This document shows, piece by piece, positions 1 to 8,165 of a stretch of DNA of 64,000 nt. The notes beneath the pieces were generated by a model that saw only the letters and a list, made by a program, of their open reading frames with translations, searched no databases and was not told where the DNA came from. The translations under genes and the position numbers were made by a program. Numbering within the stretch: the first letter of the stretch is position 1; each line of letters starts with the position of its first letter. Location: NCBI RefSeq assembly GCF_048403405.1, contig NZ_CP183129.1, one strand, 5' to 3'. This DNA comes from Escherichia coli. Lineage in GTDB: Bacteria; Pseudomonadota; Gammaproteobacteria; Enterobacterales; Enterobacteriaceae.

Positions 1-885
1 ATTTGTCTTCGCTCGCCTCTACGGTACGGGTATCAGTCTGACGCGGCATCGGCGCAGGTGCCCACTCCACCAGACCATCCAGCATATGATCGACGCCGAA
101 GTTACCCAGCGCAGTACCAAAGAATACCGGAGTGATTTCGCCCGCAAGGAACAATTCTTTGTCGAACTCGTTAGACGCGCCTTTCACCAGCTCCAGTTCA
201 TCACGCAGCTGCTGCGCCAGATCTTCACCAACCGCAGCGTCGAGATCCGGGTTATTCAGCCCTTTAACAATACGGACTTCCTGAATGGTGTGGCCTTTAC
301 CGCTCTGATAAAGATAGGTTTCATCTTTATAAAGGTGGTAAACGCCTTTAAACAGCTTGCCGCAGCCAATCGGCCAGGTGATCGGTGCGCAGCCGATTTT
401 CAGCTCGTTCTCAACTTCATCGAGCAGTTCCATCGGGTCGCGGATATCACGGTCAAGTTTGTTCATAAAGGTGAGGATCGGCGTATCGCGCAGACGGGTA
501 ACTTCCATCAGCTTGCGGGTACGATCTTCAACACCTTTTGCGGCGTCGATAACCATCAGGCAGCAGTCCACCGCCGTCAGGGTACGATAGGTATCTTCCG
601 AGAAGTCTTCGTGCCCCGGGGTGTCGAGCAGGTTAACCAGGCAATCGTGATACGGAAACTGCATCACAGACGTAGTAATGGAGATCCCACGCTGCTTTTC
701 CATCTCCATCCAGTCCGACTTAGCGTGCTGGTTGGAACCACGGCCTTTTACTGTACCGGCGGTCTGAATGGCCTGTCCGAACAGCAGCACCTTCTCGGTG
801 ATGGTAGTCTTACCGGCGTCTGGGTGAGAAATAATTGCAAAGGTTCTTCTTTTCGCTACCTCTGCGGCCAAAAGGCTTGTCATAA
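1..885 (-). CDS. prfC: peptide chain release factor 3, partial (3' part runs off window start); first ~16 codons are prophage-derived
   Basis: Minus-strand translation from ATG at 883-885 gives [37 protein letters not shown]..., a GTPase G-domain matching RF3. Confidence 0.93.
822..835. repeat. att core copy (prfC-proximal junction), gggtgagaaataat
   Basis: Identical 14-mer at 49057..49070, about 20/23 identity over the extended repeat; encodes the AIISHP codons of prfC. Confidence 0.6.
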
Positions 886-1043
886 TTGTTGTCTCTTTGA
901 TTATGTACAATCATATGTACAAAGAAAAATTCATGCCGCTGATTGTACATTTTGGAGGTATCAGAGCATAGCAGAACATGATCAGTAGGTGTATTTGTAG
1001 CCAAAGAACATTTGTACATGCAGCAATCTTTGTTCCATTGACA

Positions 1044-1059
1044 CTGTTTATTCATACAG
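1044..1059 (+). promoter_or_regulatory. LexA (SOS) box 1, CTGT-N8-ACAG
   Basis: ctgtttattcatacag upstream of the dinI-like gene. Confidence 0.55.
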
Positions 1060-1071
1060 TTAAAAATAACA

Positions 1072-1087
1072 CTGTATACAAACACAG
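1072..1087 (+). promoter_or_regulatory. LexA (SOS) box 2, CTGT-N8-ACAG
   Basis: ctgtatacaaacacag, 16 bp upstream of the dinI-like start codon. Confidence 0.6.
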
Positions 1088-1102
1088 TGTAGAGGGATTT
1101 TT

Positions 1103-1351
1103 ATGCGTATTGAGATCTGCATAGCCAAAGAGAAAATGACTAAAATGCCAAACGGTGCTGTGGATGCGTTAAAGGAAGAATTAACTCGACGCATCAGTAA
1201 GCGTTATGACGATGTAGAGGTGATCGTAAAAGCCACCAGCAACGATGGCCTTTCTGTTACGCGCACCGCCGATAAAGATTCAGCTAAAACTTTTGTTCAG
1301 GAAACTCTGAAAGATACCTGGGAGTCTGCTGACGAGTGGTTTGTTCACTAA
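1103..1351 (+). CDS. DinI-family DNA-damage-inducible protein (prophage-encoded)
   Basis: 82 aa, MRIEI.IAK...[15 protein letters not shown] resembles E. coli DinI; RBS gaggga; SOS boxes upstream. Confidence 0.85.
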   Translation: MRIEICIAKEKMTKMPNGAVDALKEELTRRISKRYDDVEVIVKATSNDGLSVTRTADKDSAKTFVQETLKDTWESADEWFVH

Positions 1352-1420
1352 TTAACACGTAAAATCGGTAACGGCTGGAAATCATTCAATACTCGCACTA
1401 TCGGAAGTTCACCAGCCAAC

Positions 1421-1458
1421 CGCAGCACGTTCTTGCATACGACGTGTCTGCGGTTTTT
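1421..1458 (+). terminator. putative intrinsic terminator after dinI-like gene
   Basis: Imperfect hairpin cgcagcacg...cgtgtctgcg followed by a T-run. Confidence 0.4.
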
Positions 1459-1777
1459 CAACCATTCAGATACAGCACTCTCATCACATTCATTCTTCCG
1501 CATTAAAGTATATATGACCATATCACCTTAATATTTTTCTTCTTCAGATAAAAATTGTTATCTATGTATACTTTTAAACCGAATCCGTGTAGAGTCTCTA
1601 CCTAAGTTAGTTCACAGCTACCCCTTCAGTTTGCGCCATTAACTTCCTGACTTTTGCCGCTATCTGTAAGCATTCCTGTATACCTGAAACTACAGGGTTC
1701 ATCTACGAACTTTAAGAACACCCAGGATAAAAATTGTCAACTATATTATATATAACACCATACTAATTCGAGGCTAT

Positions 1778-1891
1778 ATGGACAGCATACTGATAATCAC
1801 TTCACTACTTATCATATTCAGCATTTTTAGTCATGCTCTAATAAAATTAGGGGTTGGCATATCCAATAACCCGGACAAAACCGATGTATAA
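1778..1891 (+). CDS. possible small hydrophobic peptide (37 aa)
   Basis: ATG with weak RBS; translation [37 protein letters not shown] has one predicted TM segment; AT-rich context. Confidence 0.25.
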   Translation: MDSILIITSLLIIFSIFSHALIKLGVGISNNPDKTDV

Positions 1892-1959
1892 GTCAACATA
1901 TCCTGAATCAGACATACAATATTGCAATGAAAACCAATAATATTTTAAGGAATATCTTC

Positions 1960-2193
1960 ATGAAATCAAATGACACCCTAAAGTGGTTCCCCGCGCAGCT
2001 TCCTGAAGTCAGAATTATCCTGGGAGATGCTGTCGTGGAAGTGGCAAAACAGGGAAGACCTATCAATACCAGAACATTGCTTGATTACATTGAAGGAAAC
2101 ATAAAGAAAAAGTCATGGCTGGATAACAAAGAATTATTACAAACAGCGATATCAGTTCTTAAAGACAACCAAAATTTAAATGGTAAAGTGTAA
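1960..2193 (+). CDS. YdfK/YnaE-like prophage cold-shock-associated protein
   Basis: 77 aa from MKSNDTLKWF...; lies next to a PinQ/PinR-like recombinase as in Qin/Rac. Confidence 0.6.
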   Translation: MKSNDTLKWFPAQLPEVRIILGDAVVEVAKQGRPINTRTLLDYIEGNIKKKSWLDNKELLQTAISVLKDNQNLNGKV

Positions 2194-2573
2194 TAAACAC
2201 CCCCTGAAAAATAATTTTTCAATGCATTAAAAAATATCAACAACTACGTTATTCCGCAACAACCTACTTTTTTTACCATTTTTCCACTTTAACAACTTTT
2301 TGCTCCACTTTTCCAAGACCAAACAAATTGAAATCTGGCTAAAACAACATACAACACTATTATTCGTCTTTCTCGAGTCCGCCCGGAGTTCGAAAAACAA
2401 ACCGAGTTAAAGCCATTTTTCAAAAAATCGATTTTAGGTTACACCAAAATTACGGGACTGCATCCAAATTTGTTTATTTTCGAACGTATACATACAAATA
2501 TGTGCAATAATAAGCGAAATAATTTTTGGATATGCATTATGATATGTACACCAATTTCGTATAGAGTCTCACT

Positions 2574-3164
2574 ATGTCTCGAATTTTTGCTTACTGTCGG
2601 ATATCAACTCTGGATCAGACCACCGAAAATCAACGCCGGGAAATCGAAAGTGCAGGCTTTAAAATCAAACCTCAGCAAATAATCGAAGAACACATTAGCG
2701 GCTCAGCAGCAACCAGTGAGCGTCCTGGTTTTAACCGGTTGCTTGCTCGCCTGAAATGTGGTGATCAATTGATTGTGACAAAACTGGATCGCCTTGGTTG
2801 TAATGCAATGGATATCAGGAAAACAGTGGAACAACTGACCGAAACAGGTATCAGAGTGCATTGCTTAGCATTGGGGGGCATTGACCTGACCAGTCCAACA
2901 GGAAAAATGATGATGCAAGTAATTTCAGCAGTCGCTGAATTTGAACGAGACCTTTTACTTGAACGCACTCATTCCGGGATAGTAAGAGCCCGGGGCGCAG
3001 GGAAACGTTTTGGTCGACCACCTGTGTTAAATGAAGAACAGAAACAGGTGGTATTCGAACGAATTAAGTCAGGTGTAAGTATAAGTGCCATTGCCCGGGA
3101 ATTCAAAACCTCGCGGCAAACCATTTTAAGAGCCAAAGCAAAACTTCAGACACCTGACATATAA
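2574..3164 (+). CDS. serine recombinase (PinQ/PinR-like resolvase/invertase family)
   Basis: 196 aa; N-terminal YCRISTLDQ catalytic-serine motif; C-terminal HTH. Confidence 0.85.
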
Positions 3165-3391
3165 AAAATAATCTCGGTGTGAGATGCTTTACGTCTTCCA
3201 AGCCCCCTTCCTTGCCGTAAATGGAAAGATACATCTAATTATAGAATTTATATGTTTTACCCTACGGCAGTGCTGGCCATTCAATATCCTGTGCAGTTGA
3301 CGTATCAACACGGTTCAGCAACACCCGATACTTTTTCCAGGCTTCCAGCAACGGGGTTTCTTCCTCCGTTGCATATACAGCTCACCTTTTT

Positions 3392-3691
3392 TCACCCACG
3401 ATTAACCAACAGCCAGACCAGCAGACACGCCACCACCGGCACAGCAAAATCCATCAGGCTTGCCACATCCCACACGCGCGGATCAAAACCGCCCCACCAC
3501 GGCATGTTAATCCTCTTGCCATGCCCAAACATTTCAATCCAGCGATATTCCGCCTGGGTGTGTTCACGCGCAATGAAGAACGTACAACCGGCTATCGCCC
3601 CGTAAGCCCAGTTCCCGGTAAAAAGACCAACCAGTAGCTGCGCAGCCACAGCACAAAGCGCATGAAGGAAAGGTGTTATATCCATTTTCAT
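3392..3691 (-). CDS. hypothetical small membrane protein
   Basis: About 99 aa with two or three hydrophobic segments, downstream of the tail fiber genes. Confidence 0.45.
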   Translation of the reverse strand: MKMDITPFLHALCAVAAQLLVGLFTGNWAYGAIAGCTFFIAREHTQAEYRWIEMFGHGKRINMPWWGGFDPRVWDVASLMDFAVPVVACLLVWLLVNRG

Positions 3692-3727
3692 CCTACCCAA
3701 TAAAACGGGGCGCTCGGCCCCTTGATA

Positions 3728-4768
3728 TTATTTAGACGCAAGCGCCGCCTCAATTGCAGATAATCTTTGTCTTAATTCTGCGTTTTCTTCTTCCAGTGCT
3801 GTTATTCTGTCGTCTGACTCTCTGGCTACCTGAACAAGCAAGCCAGTAACACCAGAATAATCTACTGTGTAATAACGTTCACCTTCTTCACCTTCCGATC
3901 CGCTTGCGCCGTCCTGATATTTCATTGCGGAACCTACAACTTCTGGGATTGCTTCCAGAGCTTCCTGTGCAATGACACCAGCATAGGGCATACCGTTTTC
4001 TTTAAGCGTGTATGTATAGCCGTTCATTTTACGGATGCGGTCGGTTGCATTATCGATCACCTGAATGTTGTCTTTCAGATCCCGGTCGGAATGCTGGTTA
4101 AATGCGGTGGCATGACATGCACCATTAACGCTTAACATATAGGTGTTATCGGTATTTTTTTGCGCATAGAACATATAAGCGCCACCATCAACACCGACTT
4201 CATAAACAACAGGACGGCTGGAGTTGCCCCACAATTGAGCAGTAACACCAGCATAAGCGGTTCCCTGTGTGTTTAATGTCATGGTTGACCCATGATTGGC
4301 ATATTTGATCTGTAATGTGTCGGTGTAATCAAATTTAATAAGCGCGTTACTTCCACGCTTGCTGTATGACATAAGGCAGTTACCCATTTTGAGGTATCCG
4401 CTGTCACCGGGAAAAATCATCGTACCGCCATAAAGGTTGGTAAAGTCCCAGCAAATGTTTGTCCCGTTATCGTTCAGGTTAAGGCGCGCCATTGCGTTAC
4501 CTGGACTGTCTATCCATTTTTTGAGGTATAGTTCGCAATACGCATCCTCAACACCTGCCGTCCTGTGAGTTGAGCGGAGTTTTCTCCCAAATATAGCTCC
4601 GCTAGTTGGCAATACCTGCTGATACCATGAAGCAGACCAGTCACCAACGATTTCATCTTTGCTGTCTACATATAATTTTGTTGCGTAGCTTCCTTGATCG
4701 TTTTTTAATTTGCTAACGTCGGATTTTAGCGTTTTGATGTCATCAGGAATTACTGTCGATGTAGCCAT
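3728..4768 (-). CDS. tail fiber/receptor-binding protein with C-terminal intramolecular chaperone (peptidase S74-like) domain
   Basis: 346 aa; C-terminal SDRDLKDNI...GYTYTLKENG...ALEAIPEVV followed by a coiled-coil tail, typical of auto-processing chaperone domains. Confidence 0.7.
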   Translation of the reverse strand: MATSTVIPDDIKTLKSDVSKLKNDQGSYATKLYVDSKDEIVGDWSASWYQQVLPTSGAIFGRKLRSTHRTAGVEDAYCELYLKKWIDSPGNAMARLNLNDNGTNICWDFTNLYGGTMIFPGDSGYLKMGNCLMSYSKRGSNALIKFDYTDTLQIKYANHGSTMTLNTQGTAYAGVTAQLWGNSSRPVVYEVGVDGGAYMFYAQKNTDNTYMLSVNGACHATAFNQHSDRDLKDNIQVIDNATDRIRKMNGYTYTLKENGMPYAGVIAQEALEAIPEVVGSAMKYQDGASGSEGEEGERYYTVDYSGVTGLLVQVARESDDRITALEEENAELRQRLSAIEAALASK

Positions 4769-4777
4769 TTTTCTTCC

Positions 4778-5059
4778 TCACATCCAGCCACGAAGTTGAT
4801 GCTCAACAGCAACCACGTATTCATCGAATAATGACGATATTTGCGAATCATTAATGATGCGCACGTTTACAAAATATCCGTCTTCCTTAACACATACCGG
4901 TTCGCCATCTTCAGTCAGTTCTCCGGTTTCTTTGTACACGTTACCTATCACGTCAATAAGAATATCATCCTGCATCAACTCGTCATCATAATAGCCAATG
5001 CTCTCCATAAAGGCCGAAAAGTCGGCCCTGTCGGGAAATTTGAGTGTTAAATCTTTCAT
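4778..5059 (-). CDS. hypothetical acidic protein (93 aa) between the fiber genes
   Basis: ORF overlaps the stf stop by 1 nt, suggesting translational coupling. Confidence 0.5.
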   Translation of the reverse strand: MKDLTLKFPDRADFSAFMESIGYYDDELMQDDILIDVIGNVYKETGELTEDGEPVCVKEDGYFVNVRIINDSQISSLFDEYVVAVEHQLRGWM

Positions 5060-7440
5060 TAGATTGACTCCCCCACCTGAGCATCAGTCAATGCCTTGTG
5101 CCATATTCTGAAATTCCTTACATGACCAAATAAATGACGTAACCCGGCTGTAGTCTGGCCTCCAATACGGATAATTGCGGTGTTCTGAATACAGGACCAT
5201 GTGGTTTTTGTTTCGCTGGATATACGCCCGTTACTTACTGCGCATGTAGACTGATCAGACTTTACACGCATCCCCATAACCATTTTTTCAAGTGATGCAT
5301 TTTCGTTTATCCGTCTGTTAGACCCACCAATATCGCAATAAGGAAATCCGTCGTAATCTGCTGAAGAACCGAAGCCAAGAATAATAGCCGCTCCGGTTTG
5401 ATGACCGCCGGTATCAAAAACACGCGGTGCTGCATTTGGCGTTTTATACCAGTTCTTATGTACCTCACAAAGAACCGTAAAAGGAAGATTATAAAGATTA
5501 TTCTTAATGGGAACTGTGACTATATCGCTTGCGCGGGTCGCCGCCGTCGTTCCTGATATAATAAAAGATGATACACAAGGCCCATTTTCTACTTGTGGGG
5601 TGGCCAGATAAATATAGTCACCAGATACGGTTGCCCCGCCCTGCTTAGGAGAATACTGTATCTGAGAACCTATTTTTAACTCCCCATCAATTGCCTGAAT
5701 TGTTGCCTCTGCAAAAATCCATCCGATAACTTCGTCCTTTCTGACTCTCGCTGTAATCCTTGAGGCAGCGCCGCCTGTCATATTAATTTCAAGCGTTTGT
5801 GTATCAATATACACATCACCAAGAAAAGTTGTTGCGCTACCGTCATATTTATCAAATCGGATACGCAACCTTACCTGCAGTTCTGTTTTAAAACGACATG
5901 AGGTTGTCACGTATTTATTATCGCCTGAGACATCAACTGACTTTGTTGCAGCAATTGATGCCATATTAATGGCTGAGGTTTGCCCAATCAGAGAATCGTT
6001 ACAGACAAACTTTCCATAGGTAAAACCAAAACTATCCGTCCCGGTTTCGGGAACATCCATATTTGACGATCGCCCCCAACTGGCAGGGCTTTCCGAATTG
6101 AGCATGTAGTTCGTTCTTTGCCCCTCAATAAGCAGGCCATCACGTTCAAACCGTGGCTCGTCAATGGCAGCCTCTGTCAGCACACCAGATTTATTAATAT
6201 AGGTTGCTTTCGATGCGCGTTTAAACTTAACAACCTTGTCGCCAGGCATCGTTATTTCATCATCACCAATAACAATCTTTTTATATGACGGCGAAAAGCC
6301 CGTAATCATATCCAGCGAATCGTTAAATGGTATCCACACATCAGGCAGCGGCTGTAAGACATATTTATACGGCTCCGCAGCCTGGCTTGCGTACTCTCTG
6401 GCTGCATCTTCGCTTGCTTTAGCTGCCGTCTGGCTTGCTGCCGATGCTTTCGCTGAGTTCGCAGCCGCTGTTTCGCTCACCTTTGCGTTGGTTTCACTGG
6501 TTTTTGCTGCTTTTTGACTGTTAGCTGATGCAGTGGCAGAAGCAGCAGCCGCGCTTGCAGAACCAGCTGCAGCACTCTCGCTTTCGGCTGCTGCATCCTG
6601 ACTGCTTTTCGCCGCAGTTTCGCTGGCTTTGGCATTCGTTTCGCTGGTCTTCGCTGCCGTCTGGCTGGACTTTGCGTTAGTTTCACTCGTCTTCGCTGCT
6701 TTCTGACTGTTAGCCGCAGCAGTTGCTGATCCAGCAGCTGAAGTCGCAGAACCGGCTGCCGCGCTCTCGCTTTCGGCTGCTGCATCCTGACTGCTTTTCG
6801 CCGCAGTTTCACTGGCTTTGGCATTCGTTTCGCTGGTTTTCGCTGCCGTCTGGCTGGACTTTGCGTTGGTTTCGCTCGTCTTTGCGGCTGTCTCGCTATT
6901 TTTCGCGTTGGTTTCTGATTTTTTGGCTGCTGTCGCGGAGTTTTCTGATGCAGTCTGTGAGGTCGCTGCCGCCTGTGCACTATTAGCTGCATTCGTTTCT
7001 GAGGTTTTCGCCGCGTTCTTCGATGATGCCGCTGCAGTTTCGGATTTCTTTGCCGCCGCTGCGCTCTGAGAGGCGGCTTCGGCGTTGCGTGCCGCTTCTT
7101 CCACCATTTCCTCAAAACGACGCAATGCCTCCGGCATGACATCATCTTCCGTCATGGCACCGAGAAAATCATTCAGCGTACCTGGTCTGGAACCTTCATA
7201 GACGGTAATGGTTCCGGCATGTGAAGGCGGAAAACCTTCAACAAGCAGGATAACGCTGTACTGGCCATACTCAACATCCATGCTGTAACGCCCGGCTTCA
7301 TCCGGATTTTCAGAGGCCACCGTGTTCACCAGTACCGTGGTGCTGTTACGCTTTGCCTTCAGTTGAATAGTGCAGTTCTGTATTGGTTTTCCCGCACCAT
7401 CTTTCAGCACACCTGAGATTTTTACTGCTGCCATATCCAC
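5059..7440 (-). CDS. stf: side tail fiber protein (lambda Stf-like N-terminus, Ala/Ser/Thr-rich repeats, distinct C-terminal domains)
   Basis: N-terminus MAAVKISGVLKDGAGKP..NCTIQLKA matches lambda Stf; C-terminus ends GHVRNFRIWHKALTDAQV (lectin/LamG-like motif). Confidence 0.85.
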   Translation of the reverse strand: MDMAAVKISGVLKDGAGKPIQNCTIQLKAKRNSTTVLVNTVASENPDEAGRYSMDVEYGQYSVILLVEGFPPSHAGTITVYEGSRPGTLNDFLGAMTEDDVMPEALRRFEEMVEEAARNAEAASQSAAAAKKSETAAASSKNAAKTSETNAANSAQAAATSQTASENSATAAKKSETNAKNSETAAKTSETNAKSSQTAAKTSETNAKASETAAKSSQDAAAESESAAAGSATSAAGSATAAANSQKAAKTSETNAKSSQTAAKTSETNAKASETAAKSSQDAAAESESAAAGSASAAAASATASANSQKAAKTSETNAKVSETAAANSAKASAASQTAAKASEDAAREYASQAAEPYKYVLQPLPDVWIPFNDSLDMITGFSPSYKKIVIGDDEITMPGDKVVKFKRASKATYINKSGVLTEAAIDEPRFERDGLLIEGQRTNYMLNSESPASWGRSSNMDVPETGTDSFGFTYGKFVCNDSLIGQTSAINMASIAATKSVDVSGDNKYVTTSCRFKTELQVRLRIRFDKYDGSATTFLGDVYIDTQTLEINMTGGAASRITARVRKDEVIGWIFAEATIQAIDGELKIGSQIQYSPKQGGATVSGDYIYLATPQVENGPCVSSFIISGTTAATRASDIVTVPIKNNLYNLPFTVLCEVHKNWYKTPNAAPRVFDTGGHQTGAAIILGFGSSADYDGFPYCDIGGSNRRINENASLEKMVMGMRVKSDQSTCAVSNGRISSETKTTWSCIQNTAIIRIGGQTTAGLRHLFGHVRNFRIWHKALTDAQVGESI
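6511..6888. repeat. tandem direct repeat, 189-bp period (about two copies), inside stf
   Basis: ctcgctttcggctgctgcatcctgactgcttttcgccgcagtttc occurs at about 6577 and 6766; protein repeat AAKTSETNAKSSQTAAKTSETNAKASETAAKSSQDAAAESESAAAGSA. Confidence 0.8.
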
Positions 7441-7498
7441 TCCACAAAAAAGCCCGCCTGAACCGGCGGGCTGTCATAACACTGTGTTACCTGGCTAA

Positions 7499-8098
7499 TC
7501 AGAATTTATAACCGACACCCACGATGAAACCGTCAGTGCGCCAGTCACCACTGCCGGAACCTTCATAAGCAAGGTCAATGGCCACGGATTCGGTCGGGTT
7601 AAACTGCACGCCAGCCCCCCACGCCAGAGACGTGTTGCTGTGGCGACCGTCATCACTTCCGGTCAGCACATCGTGCGTTTTCCCCTTGTTGTCAGTTACG
7701 CGGAGATAATCCCCGGAGAAGGTCGACACACGGCTGTAAGCCATACCCGCCATCGCATAAGCACTGAACCATTCATTCACGCGTACAGATGGCCCCGCCA
7801 TCATGCTGAACCAGCGGTTACGCACGGAATCTTCATGCCAGCGGGTATCGCTGTAATGCGTTTTTTGCTCATCTTTGGCATTGGCATAACTGAATGACGT
7901 CACCAGCCCCAGCGTGTCCGTAAATTCATAACGGTATTTCACGTTAATGCCCTTCAGGTCATCACTGCCTGGCATATCAGTATGGGTCTGAAGATACCCG
8001 GCGCTTAGTGTGGACTGATGCTCTGCTGCGCTCGCTGGCGTACCAGCGGCAACCAGCCAGACTACTGCGGACAGAATAACAGCACATAATTTACGCAT
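7499..8098 (-). CDS. lom: Lom outer membrane protein (Ail/Lom family)
   Basis: 199 aa with signal peptide, C-terminal ...GVGYKF; position after J as in lambda. Confidence 0.9.
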   Translation of the reverse strand: MRKLCAVILSAVVWLVAAGTPASAAEHQSTLSAGYLQTHTDMPGSDDLKGINVKYRYEFTDTLGLVTSFSYANAKDEQKTHYSDTRWHEDSVRNRWFSMMAGPSVRVNEWFSAYAMAGMAYSRVSTFSGDYLRVTDNKGKTHDVLTGSDDGRHSNTSLAWGAGVQFNPTESVAIDLAYEGSGSGDWRTDGFIVGVGYKF

Positions 8099-8165
8099 AA
8101 TTACCTCTCGCTTTTCTGCAATAAAAAAGGCGTCATTTCTGACGCCCGTATTGGGGTTATAAAAT

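Noticed and set aside
86-988. 300-aa plus-strand ORF at the window start
   Set aside because: Antisense to prfC, which has a clear GTPase translation on the minus strand.
3165-5060. Pin-type invertible tail-fiber segment
   Set aside because: No oppositely oriented alternative fiber or tfa genes and no obvious inverted crossover sites were seen; not excluded without a computational repeat search.
6477-7145. 222-aa Arg/Lys-rich ORF overlapping the stf repeats
   Set aside because: Alternative frame of the repeat region; the in-frame Stf translation is the homologous one.
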